A stretch of 64,000 nucleotides of DNA from Candidatus Muiribacterium halophilum (lineage in GTDB: Bacteria; Muiribacteriota; Muiribacteriia; Muiribacteriales; Muiribacteriaceae). Location: positions 5,097 through 69,096 of the forward strand of contig PKTG01000064.1 in NCBI GenBank assembly GCA_002869225.1, given 5' to 3'. Below the pieces are notes generated by a model. That model worked only from the letters and a program-made list of their open reading frames with translations. It had not been told where the DNA came from and ran no database searches. Shown here in pieces: positions 24,830-32,790 of this stretch. The translations under genes were made by a program, and so were the position numbers. Position 1 is the first letter of the stretch. Every line of letters starts with the position of its first letter.

Positions 24830-26992
24830 TTATTCTCCTAACAGGTCTTTGATCTCATCATCTGAAAGAATATCATCTCTTTTTATAGCTTCTTCTACCT
24901 TATCTTCAGAATCCTCACCTATCATTTCCTTAAGTTGATCATCTGTCATCATAACAGTTTCATCTATTTCCTGATTTATAAGGTTTGTAGCTTCTTTGAT
25001 TGCTTCATCTATATCATCATCTTCTTCTAAATCAGTTTGTGGTTCTGATTCCTCATCACCAGACTCCTGACTCGCGACTTCAGACTCATCCTGTTGCATT
25101 TCTTCACTTACTTGAGCTGCTTCCTCAAGAAGTTTGTTCATCTCATCTATCTCAGCCTGCTTTTCAGGGGTTATTTCTTCTACCGATTCCTCTGCCTCAG
25201 GTTCTTCTGCTTCAGGTTCCTCTGCTTCAGGTTCTTCTGCTTCAGGTTCCTCTGCTTCTGGTTCCTCTGCTTCAGGTTCCTCTGTTTCAGGTTCCTCTGT
25301 TTCTGGTTCCTCTGCTTCTGGTTCCTCTGCTTCAGGTTCCTCTGCTTCAGGTTCTTCTGCTTCAGGTTCCTCTGCTTCAGGTTCCTCTGCTTCTGGTTCC
25401 TCTTCCTCAGGTTCTTCTGCTTCAGGTTCCTCTGCTTCAGGTTCCTCTGTTTCTGGTTCTTCTGCTTCAGGTTCTTCTGCTTCAGGTTCTAGACTTTGTT
25501 CTTCAGATTCTTCAGTCTCTGTCGAAGTATCGGGTTCTTTCGGCTCTTCATCAGTTTCTTCAGATTCTTCAATACTTTCCGAATCTACCCATGGAGTGGG
25601 TTCCTCATCAGATAACAACTGATTTACAGAAAGAGCAAATATTTCATCAGAATGTTTCGAAATAAAACAGATATCACTTTTATCAGCAAATTTATCTTTT
25701 AGATCATTCACATCTTTTTCAAGTTCTTTATAGCTATTTATTTCCGTTTCTTGATCGATATTCCTACAAACTATTTTAAGAAAAAGTTTCTTATCCGGAA
25801 TTTCCTTTATAGAACTTGATTCAAGAAAATCCCCTACTTTAGTCTCAAAGTCGATTATTATATTACGACATATCTCTGAAATATCAAATGCGCTTGTTAT
25901 TCCCAGAAAGATACTGTCAGTTACATGGGCAAGATAAAATTCAGGATCCTTTTCATACGCGATATTAAATATCGTCTGTGTAACAAACCCCATTATATTC
26001 TCACCATATGATGCTCCATATTTATGAATATAATCATCCTGATTTTTCACATAAAAATAGGCTATCTGAGCCCCTTCTTCCTGTTTTATAACAGAATCGA
26101 CTTTTTCTGCTATTGAAGCAGATGTGGGAAGTCCGGTAGAAGGATGTGCTAACCTGTCCTCAAGTCTTGATGCCCATAGAAAATCAATCATATTATTAAA
26201 ATTCAGGACAAACTCGCCAAATTCATCATTTCTGTAATATCTTACTTTTTGTTTAAACCTACCTCTTGTTATGTTTCTGGCAACTGAAATAAAGTTTTTA
26301 AGTGGTTTGCTTATATAGTGAAAATAGAAAAATATTGTCATAAAAAGATGGATGATAGCTAAAATCGCTGTCCCAACGATTATCTTCTTGACCATATAAT
26401 AATTTGCATTAAGAATATTTGATACATCATAGAAAAATACCGTGACAAATGACACCTGACCGGCTTTTCTTCCAGCAGGTGAAATAATACGTATTATACC
26501 ATCAGAAAGTTCATTGTTTTTCATAAAATCTTCATATAATTCTATATAATGTTCTTTGTCTTTCTGATCGTCTTTAATTGCTATCTGTTCTCTTAAAAGA
26601 TAATCTGCAGGTTTTATATCAGATGTATATTTAATCTCCTGTGGAAGAACAAAAAATTCAGGCTTAAGATCATTTTTATATCTGCTTATGATCTTATCCA
26701 TACTTCTATTAAATACTACCATAGCCTTAATATTAGCATCCTGTTGAAACATCCTGTTAAAATAAGCTCGAAAATCCTCTGTAGGAATATCTCCTTTAAG
26801 CAATGTTATGGCTAGTTGATTTTTTTCGGATATCTTTTCTTTAAAACTATCGTAAACAATACCTCGCTGAATAGAAAAAACCATATATGCGACTAGTGAA
26901 GTGAATAATAATAGAAATAATATAGTTAAAGTCAAATGTGGGACAAATAACGGTCTATATTTTTTATTTTTTATCTTCCTGCTTAATTTCAA
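24830..26992 (-). CDS. membrane signalling protein: N-terminal TM/sensor region, HAMP domain, degenerate GGDEF-like domain, acidic (PEAEE)n tail
   Basis: HAMP pattern KPLKNFISVARNITRGRF...NDEFGEFVLNFNNMIDFL. GGDEF-fold pattern HPSTGLPTSASI...YFYVKNQDDYIHKYGASYGENIMGF, with VTDSIF in place of GGDEF. Confidence 0.65.
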   Translation of the reverse strand: MKLSRKIKNKKYRPLFVPHLTLTILFLLLFTSLVAYMVFSIQRGIVYDSFKEKISEKNQLAITLLKGDIPTEDFRAYFNRMFQQDANIKAMVVFNRSMDKIISRYKNDLKPEFFVLPQEIKYTSDIKPADYLLREQIAIKDDQKDKEHYIELYEDFMKNNELSDGIIRIISPAGRKAGQVSFVTVFFYDVSNILNANYYMVKKIIVGTAILAIIHLFMTIFFYFHYISKPLKNFISVARNITRGRFKQKVRYYRNDEFGEFVLNFNNMIDFLWASRLEDRLAHPSTGLPTSASIAEKVDSVIKQEEGAQIAYFYVKNQDDYIHKYGASYGENIMGFVTQTIFNIAYEKDPEFYLAHVTDSIFLGITSAFDISEICRNIIIDFETKVGDFLESSSIKEIPDKKLFLKIVCRNIDQETEINSYKELEKDVNDLKDKFADKSDICFISKHSDEIFALSVNQLLSDEEPTPWVDSESIEESEETDEEPKEPDTSTETEESEEQSLEPEAEEPEAEEPETEEPEAEEPEAEEPEEEEPEAEEPEAEEPEAEEPEAEEPEAEEPEAEEPETEEPETEEPEAEEPEAEEPEAEEPEAEEPEAEEPEAEESVEEITPEKQAEIDEMNKLLEEAAQVSEEMQQDESEVASQESGDEESEPQTDLEEDDDIDEAIKEATNLINQEIDETVMMTDDQLKEMIGEDSEDKVEEAIKRDDILSDDEIKDLLGE
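25186..25485. repeat. 20 tandem copies of a 15-bp unit (plus strand GTTCCTCTGCTTCAG), encoding (EEPEA)n inside the 24830..26992 CDS
   Basis: Counted unit by unit. Only a few single-base variants occur (T/C, giving E/T/A changes). Confidence 0.9.
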
Positions 26993-28382
26993 AATTTTCC
27001 TCCAGAGAAGCTACAAGATTATAAGCTATCTCGTTTATATTTCCTGCTCCCATAAAAATAATAAGGTCGTCCTCTATTATATTATCATCTAGAAACTTCT
27101 CGATTTCCAGAAAAGATGGTATATAAAATGCATTTCCACCTTTAGACACTATTTTTTTAACAAGATCTTTTGAAGAGATCATCTTCTTTTCAAGTTCAGT
27201 ATCCCTTACAAAATATATATCAGGAACGATAACTATATCAGGATGAGAGAAAGAGGTAGCAAAATCATCAAGTAAAAATCTTGTTCTTGAATGCTGATGT
27301 GGTTGAAATACAACTATTATCCTATTTTTCTTAAAATTTTCTCTTGTATATTTAAGTACAGTCTTTATTTCTGTTGGATGATGTGCATAATCATCTACTA
27401 TCATAAACTTTTTATTGTATAGGATCTCAAAACGTCTTTTTATACCTTTAAACTCGCTTAGTGCTTTTACTATTACATCTGAAGGGACCCCTATCTCATG
27501 ACAAAAAGAAAATGCCGCAAGTGAATTTATTATATTGTGCAGACCAAACAAAGATAATCTTATCTCTATTTCTTCTTTAGCAGGAGTAAGCACCTTGTAG
27601 AAAGTCTCTCTTGCTTTATTAAAATCAATACTAAGACATCTGTAGTTTGATTCTTCTTCAAGGCCATAGGATATTTTTTTTACATCAACCGATTCAACTA
27701 CTTTTTTTGTATTTGGACAACCATTGAAATAAAAAAGAATCCCATCCTCTCTTATATTTTTTGTAAAATCTATAAAAGCTTCTTCTATATCATCAAGATT
27801 TCTATAATAATCTAAATGATCCTCTTCAATATTGTTGATTATAGCGTATTGAGGTTCCAGATTAAGAAATGACCTGTCATACTCACAAGCTTCTGCAACA
27901 AAAAGATCTCCTGATCCTGCTGATGAGCTTCCCTGCAGTTGATTAACTATCCCACCTATTACAAATCCAGGGTAATAATTGGCCTGTTTAAGAATAAAAG
28001 CGATCATAGAAGTAGTCGTAGTCTTTCCATGAGTACCTGCAACAGCTATTCCCTTTTTAAGTTTCATTATATATCCAAGCATCTGGGAATATTTTATTAT
28101 CTCAATATTTCTTGCTTTCGCTGTAAATATCTCAGGATTTTCGATTGGAATAGCAGCTGACCTTACAACCAGTTGGGTTGAACCTGAAATATTACCACTA
28201 TTATGAAAATTATATACCATTATACCGTTTTCTTTTAGTGTTCTAGTTGAAATATTATCATTAAGATCAGAACCACTTACTTTATATCCCATCTTATGAA
28301 GAATAATTGCAAGTCCAGACATCCCGGTCCCACCTACTCCAATAAAATGTATATTTTTTCCAGGGTCAAGATTCAGGTTCAT
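26964..28382 (-). CDS. murC: UDP-N-acetylmuramate--L-alanine ligase
   Basis: IHFIGVGGTGMSGLAIIL, GTHGKTTTTSMIA and the Mur ligase middle and C-terminal patterns (DDYAHHPTEI). Confidence 0.9.
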   Translation of the reverse strand: MNLNLDPGKNIHFIGVGGTGMSGLAIILHKMGYKVSGSDLNDNISTRTLKENGIMVYNFHNSGNISGSTQLVVRSAAIPIENPEIFTAKARNIEIIKYSQMLGYIMKLKKGIAVAGTHGKTTTTSMIAFILKQANYYPGFVIGGIVNQLQGSSSAGSGDLFVAEACEYDRSFLNLEPQYAIINNIEEDHLDYYRNLDDIEEAFIDFTKNIREDGILFYFNGCPNTKKVVESVDVKKISYGLEEESNYRCLSIDFNKARETFYKVLTPAKEEIEIRLSLFGLHNIINSLAAFSFCHEIGVPSDVIVKALSEFKGIKRRFEILYNKKFMIVDDYAHHPTEIKTVLKYTRENFKKNRIIVVFQPHQHSRTRFLLDDFATSFSHPDIVIVPDIYFVRDTELEKKMISSKDLVKKIVSKGGNAFYIPSFLEIEKFLDDNIIEDDLIIFMGAGNINEIAYNLVASLEENFEIKQEDKK

Positions 28383-29359
28383 ATTTTAACACCTATAACC
28401 TCTCTTACTTCATTTATAGTATTTTTTGCGATTATATCACATTTCTTTGCACCTTCGACTAATACATCCTTTATATAATCAGTATCTTTCAATATCTGAG
28501 CTTTCTTTTCTCTTATAGGTGTTATTAATTCTTTCATATGAGATAGTAATATTTTTTTACATTGAACACATCCAATAGATGCATCAACACAACCTTTAGC
28601 ACATTCCGATATCTCATTTTCCGTGGAAAAGATCTTATGCCATGAAAAAACATTACAGACAGCTGGATTTCCTGGATCCGTCTTTCTTACCCTTGCAGGA
28701 TCAGTCTTAGCCTGCATTAGTTTCTGTTGTATCGTCTTATCATCATCATCAAGACCAATATGATTATTAAGACTCTTACTCATCTTATTCTCTCCATCGA
28801 TTCCGAGAATACGTTTTGATGAAGAAAGGATTTCCTGTGGTTCAGGAAAGATATCCGTATTATATCTTGCATTAAATTTCCTTACTATCTCTCGTGTGAG
28901 TTCGATATGCTGTACCTGATCTTCTCCCACTGGTACAAACTCACTTTTATAAAGTATTATGTCAGCCGCCTGAAGAACAGGATATGCATATAATCCAAGA
29001 TTAACATTGCCAACATTCTTACTCGATTTATCTTTAAACTGTGTCATTCTATTTAATTCTCCCATAGGAGTGACACAAGATAGTATCCACATCAATTCTG
29101 TATGCTCTTTTATCCATGATTGTACAAAAAGTTTGCATCTTTCAGGGTCTATACCACAAGCAAGATAAGTTGCGGCAAGATCTATTATTCTTTTTTTCAT
29201 ATCTTCTTTTTCATAGTTTATAGTAAGAGAATGATAATCTACTATTGAAAAAACACATTCATATTTTTCCTGAAGGTCTACCCAGTTTTTTATAGCTCCC
29301 AAATAATTACCTATATGTAAAGTACCGGTAGGTTGAGCACCACTAAATAATCTTTTCAT
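28379..29359 (-). CDS. trpS: tryptophan--tRNA ligase with a Cys-rich (putative Fe-S) insert
   Basis: SGAQPTGTLHIGNYLGA (HIGH region) and KMSKS. The start is set at the ATG with GAGGTG 5 nt upstream; the ORF track starts 10 codons earlier, at 29389. Confidence 0.9.
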   Translation of the reverse strand: MKRLFSGAQPTGTLHIGNYLGAIKNWVDLQEKYECVFSIVDYHSLTINYEKEDMKKRIIDLAATYLACGIDPERCKLFVQSWIKEHTELMWILSCVTPMGELNRMTQFKDKSSKNVGNVNLGLYAYPVLQAADIILYKSEFVPVGEDQVQHIELTREIVRKFNARYNTDIFPEPQEILSSSKRILGIDGENKMSKSLNNHIGLDDDDKTIQQKLMQAKTDPARVRKTDPGNPAVCNVFSWHKIFSTENEISECAKGCVDASIGCVQCKKILLSHMKELITPIREKKAQILKDTDYIKDVLVEGAKKCDIIAKNTINEVREVIGVKI

Positions 29360-29440
29360 CTCCACACCTCGTTTTTTATTAACATACATACACTAGAAAA
29401 AATATTACCAGAATTCAACAGTAAAATAAAGACCTTATTA

Positions 29441-29480
29441 ACGTTAAGACGTTTGAACGTTTCAACGTTATAACGTTAAA
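29441..29480. repeat. five in-phase octamers ACGTTNNN in the trpS/cobO divergent intergenic region
   Basis: ACGTTAAG ACGTTTGA ACGTTTCA ACGTTATA ACGTTAAA. It contains four AACGTT palindromes. Confidence 0.8.
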
Positions 29481-29529
29481 TTGTAAACTTTAATTGACTT
29501 ATTATCCCAAAATTGTTTACAATTTTTTC

Positions 29530-30039
29530 ATGGGATATGTACATGTTTATACCGGAGATGGTAAGGGTAAGACAACTGCAGCAATAGGTATTGCTATGAG
29601 AGCTGTTGGTGCAGGAAAAAAAGTCTTTTTAGCTCAGTTTGTAAAAGGCATGAGATATTCAGAATTAATCTCACTTTCAAAAATTCCAGAGATAACTGTT
29701 AAACAATTTGGCCTGGACTGTTTTATTTATGAGAGTCCAAAACAGATAGATATTGATAAAGCAAGAGAAGGACTTGACCTGATAAGAAACATCATCACTA
29801 CAAATAAGTATCAGATGATAATACTTGATGAGGCAAATATAGCATTATACTACAAACTCTTTTCTATTGATGAACTTCTAGAGGTAATAGAATCGCGGCA
29901 CGAGGACATCGAGGTCATAATAACCGGAAGAAAAGCTCCGGATAAACTAATTGATTATGCCGATCTGGTCACTGAGATGAAAGAGATAAAACATTACTAT
30001 CAAAAGGGTGTACATGCAAGAAAAGGTATTGAGAGTTAA
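29530..30039 (+). CDS. cobO: cob(I)yrinic acid a,c-diamide adenosyltransferase (CobA/CobO/BtuR family)
   Basis: VHVYTGDGKGKTTAAIGIAMRAVGAGKKV...LDE family signature. ATG at 29530; the ORF track begins at a TTG at 29494. Confidence 0.85.
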   Translation: MGYVHVYTGDGKGKTTAAIGIAMRAVGAGKKVFLAQFVKGMRYSELISLSKIPEITVKQFGLDCFIYESPKQIDIDKAREGLDLIRNIITTNKYQMIILDEANIALYYKLFSIDELLEVIESRHEDIEVIITGRKAPDKLIDYADLVTEMKEIKHYYQKGVHARKGIES

Positions 30040-30884
30040 GCTTCTTTAACCTTTTTCCTATTATTCTGAGGTTTCTTCCTATTATTTTTAGGATCTACTT
30101 TATTCGATTTGTTATTACTTGTTTTGGTTTTTGCTATAAGCTTTTCATTGTTATTGTTTTTTCTGACTTTATTCTTAGGATTACTCTTTTTCTTCTGATT
30201 ATTTTTCTTTGAATTATTATTTGTTTTTATTCTATCTGAAAATATCTCTTTTATCGATCTTGTCCTAACATGATCGGTATATCTCTTAAGAGCATCAGGT
30301 GGTTGATATGAGTTTTCCAGATTACCTATTATAGTAAATATACCATTGTTCTGGGCAGTCTGAAGTGCTGGTCTTATATCTGTATCTTTAGAGAAGATTA
30401 TTACTTTATCAACATGTTTTCTGTAAGAGACATGCGCTATATCAAGTCCCATAAGCATATCGACCTGTTTCTGAACAAAAATAGGTGAAGCATCTTCGTG
30501 AAGACCGTTTACCTTAAGTTCACCAGCTCGTATTGATATATAGTCCGCGCCGGCAAGATCATCAAAGAAACTTGAGGTCTCATCATAAAAATTCTTAAGG
30601 TCCTTCTCATTTTCAGCAAAATATTTCTTGAACTTATTTTTCTGATTCTGTGTAAGATTCTTTCTTTCCATTATTGCATCAAACATATTTTTAGGTCTAA
30701 GTGGATAAGAAGAATAGAAGAATATCCTTAATATCTTTTCATCTTCTTCTACAAAACCTGAAAAGAGTTTTATCATATCTTCAGGATCATGAAAGTTCAT
30801 TATTCTGTTTCTTGTAACTTTCTGAACTGTATATATATCCTGTTTAAAATTTTCCCAGTCAACAAAAAAGGCTACTTTTACCAT
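30036..30884 (-). CDS. NYN/LabA-like (PIN-fold) domain protein with K/N-rich basic tail
   Basis: VAFFVDWENF ... VDMLMGLDI ... DKVIIFSKDTDIRPAL match the LabA/NYN pattern. The C-terminus is a low-complexity N/K tail. ATG at 30884 (track TTG at 30920). Confidence 0.65.
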   Translation of the reverse strand: MVKVAFFVDWENFKQDIYTVQKVTRNRIMNFHDPEDMIKLFSGFVEEDEKILRIFFYSSYPLRPKNMFDAIMERKNLTQNQKNKFKKYFAENEKDLKNFYDETSSFFDDLAGADYISIRAGELKVNGLHEDASPIFVQKQVDMLMGLDIAHVSYRKHVDKVIIFSKDTDIRPALQTAQNNGIFTIIGNLENSYQPPDALKRYTDHVRTRSIKEIFSDRIKTNNNSKKNNQKKKSNPKNKVRKNNNNEKLIAKTKTSNNKSNKVDPKNNRKKPQNNRKKVKEA

Positions 30885-30962
30885 GTATTTGAAATTATCA
30901 GTTAATATAGAAATAGTCAAGTTATAAAAGAACGTATAGTAAACATTTAAAATTCGATTTAT

Positions 30963-31586
30963 TTAAAACCATGAATCATCTGCTGTTTTCAGATGTGAGT
31001 GAATATTATATTTTGTGATCTTAATATTTTGATCTTCTTTTTCCAAAAAAGAATAAGCTGTGTTCTCATGTCTAAATTTCCAGCAGTCATCAATATCTGT
31101 ACCTTTAATAATGGAAAGAAATATTGCGATTATTCCTCCATGCGAGAATACTGCAATATTTTCACCGGAAATCGTTTTTAAAAACCGCATCATCCTCTTT
31201 CCAGCATCTTTTAATGTTTCAGCATCTTTGATATTTACTTTTGAAGGAGATTTCTCCCAAGTCATCCTAATTTCATTCGTGAAGATTTCAGATTTTTTCT
31301 TTCCCTGCCAGCTACCCAGATAGATCTCTCTTAAGTCTTTTGATAATATAATATTTTTTTTATTAAATCCTGATGATAATATGGCTGTCTCAAATGCTCT
31401 TGCCAGATCTGATGAATAGACTTTATCAAATATTATATTATTTTTTTTAAAATATTCTCCCAGAGAAATTGCTTCTTCCTTTCCTCTATCAGAAAGAGAA
31501 TAATCCAGGTGTCCCTGGATTATTCCATTTTTATTGCCTATTGAATTTGCATGTCTTATTAAAACTATATTTTTTTTACAGCCCAT
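30963..31586 (-). CDS. histidine phosphatase (phosphoglycerate-mutase-like) family protein
   Basis: N-terminal IVLIRHANS (RHG-type motif), SDLARAFET, and a late FSHGG motif. Confidence 0.8.
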   Translation of the reverse strand: MGCKKNIVLIRHANSIGNKNGIIQGHLDYSLSDRGKEEAISLGEYFKKNNIIFDKVYSSDLARAFETAILSSGFNKKNIILSKDLREIYLGSWQGKKKSEIFTNEIRMTWEKSPSKVNIKDAETLKDAGKRMMRFLKTISGENIAVFSHGGIIAIFLSIIKGTDIDDCWKFRHENTAYSFLEKEDQNIKITKYNIHSHLKTADDSWF

Positions 31587-32787
31587 TTACTTTATAGATC
31601 TTTTCAATTGCTTCTTCTGCTGCTTCTCTTACCACCTTATACTGATCATATTTAGCCTCTTTAAGAGCAGGTATTGCAATGATGTCGCCTATCTTACCAA
31701 GAGCTATTGCAGATTGCTCTCTTACCTGTTTTATCCTATCCTTAAGTAGCTGTATAAGCGTATGTACCGAAGTATCAGCTTTAAGTTCGCCAAGAACAAA
31801 TGCTGCATTTTCCCTCATAAATCTGTTTCTATCTGAAAGTTTATTTATTAGTCTTGATATAGATTCACTATATTTAAGTTTTGAAAGGATTATTGAAGCA
31901 TTTTCCCTAACAAGTTCATTATCGACTTTCATACCGTTTATAAGTTCATCTATAGCGTTCACACCAATCTTTCTAAATGTCTCAAACACCTGATTCTTGA
32001 CCCAAACATTGTTATCAGAATATGCCTGGCAAAGTGGTATTACAGCACTTATATCAGAAATATCTCCAAGAGCATTTACAGCAGCTTCTCTAACTCCTGA
32101 GTCATTATCGCTAAGAGCTTTTATGATCGTATCAGTTGCTCTTGTATCCTCAAGCTGACCAAGTGTATCAAGAATCGAAGTCCTGACAGGAGCAGAAGGA
32201 TCTTTTATATTTGATATTAAGATGTTTACTACTCTGGTATCTTTTATCTTTCCAAGAGCCTGTACGGTCTCTATTCTAACTTCTTCGTTTGAATCTTTTA
32301 GTACCTGAGCCAGTGGATCAACTGCTCTTGCATCCCTTAATTCACCCAGCGTATGGACTATAGTTGCCCTGACTTTTTCGTTATGATCTCTTAAAGTCTT
32401 AGTAAGTGGTTCTACTGCCATACCGGAACCAATCTTACCAAGAGCTTCTACTGTTAATTCTCTTATTTTTTCATCTTGAGCTCTCAGCTGGCGAACAAGT
32501 GGTTCAATTGCCTGAACATCTCCAAATTCTCCAAGAGTATAAACTATTCCTTTTTTATTTGATTCTTCTTTTTCAAGTCTTTCCAGTAGTAATCTTATTA
32601 TTTTTCTGTCAGATATCTTTAAAAGAGAATGTGATATATCTTTATAATGAACTCCCGCATTGACATCGGATACCATAGATACTAATGTCTCGATTGCTTT
32701 TGCATTTCCAAGTTCTCCGAGTGCGACTACACACCAGTGTTTCAACTCATTATCTGCCTGTTCCATTATATTTATAAGACCATCCAC
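31576..32787 (-). CDS. HEAT-repeat (PBS-lyase-type) protein
   Basis: About 12 repeats of the form V(R/K)..A..ALG.(I/L)(G/K)D..A(V/I).PL(I/V)..L.D. Confidence 0.8.
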   Translation of the reverse strand: MDGLINIMEQADNELKHWCVVALGELGNAKAIETLVSMVSDVNAGVHYKDISHSLLKISDRKIIRLLLERLEKEESNKKGIVYTLGEFGDVQAIEPLVRQLRAQDEKIRELTVEALGKIGSGMAVEPLTKTLRDHNEKVRATIVHTLGELRDARAVDPLAQVLKDSNEEVRIETVQALGKIKDTRVVNILISNIKDPSAPVRTSILDTLGQLEDTRATDTIIKALSDNDSGVREAAVNALGDISDISAVIPLCQAYSDNNVWVKNQVFETFRKIGVNAIDELINGMKVDNELVRENASIILSKLKYSESISRLINKLSDRNRFMRENAAFVLGELKADTSVHTLIQLLKDRIKQVREQSAIALGKIGDIIAIPALKEAKYDQYKVVREAAEEAIEKIYKVNGL

Positions 32788-32790
32788 CGT

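Noticed and set aside
25000-25665. Plus-strand ORFs of 221, 162 and 132 aa (for example the SSASGSSASG... repeat protein).
   Set aside because: They are antisense frames of the 15-bp repeat inside a well-supported minus-strand gene. They are pure low complexity with no start signals.
29360-29529. T-box leader for trpS or a cobalamin riboswitch for cobO; likewise a leader riboswitch for thrC at 59964-60053.
   Set aside because: The intergenic regions (about 170 and 90 nt, shared between divergent or tandem genes) are too short. I could not see the conserved T-box or B12-box sequences.
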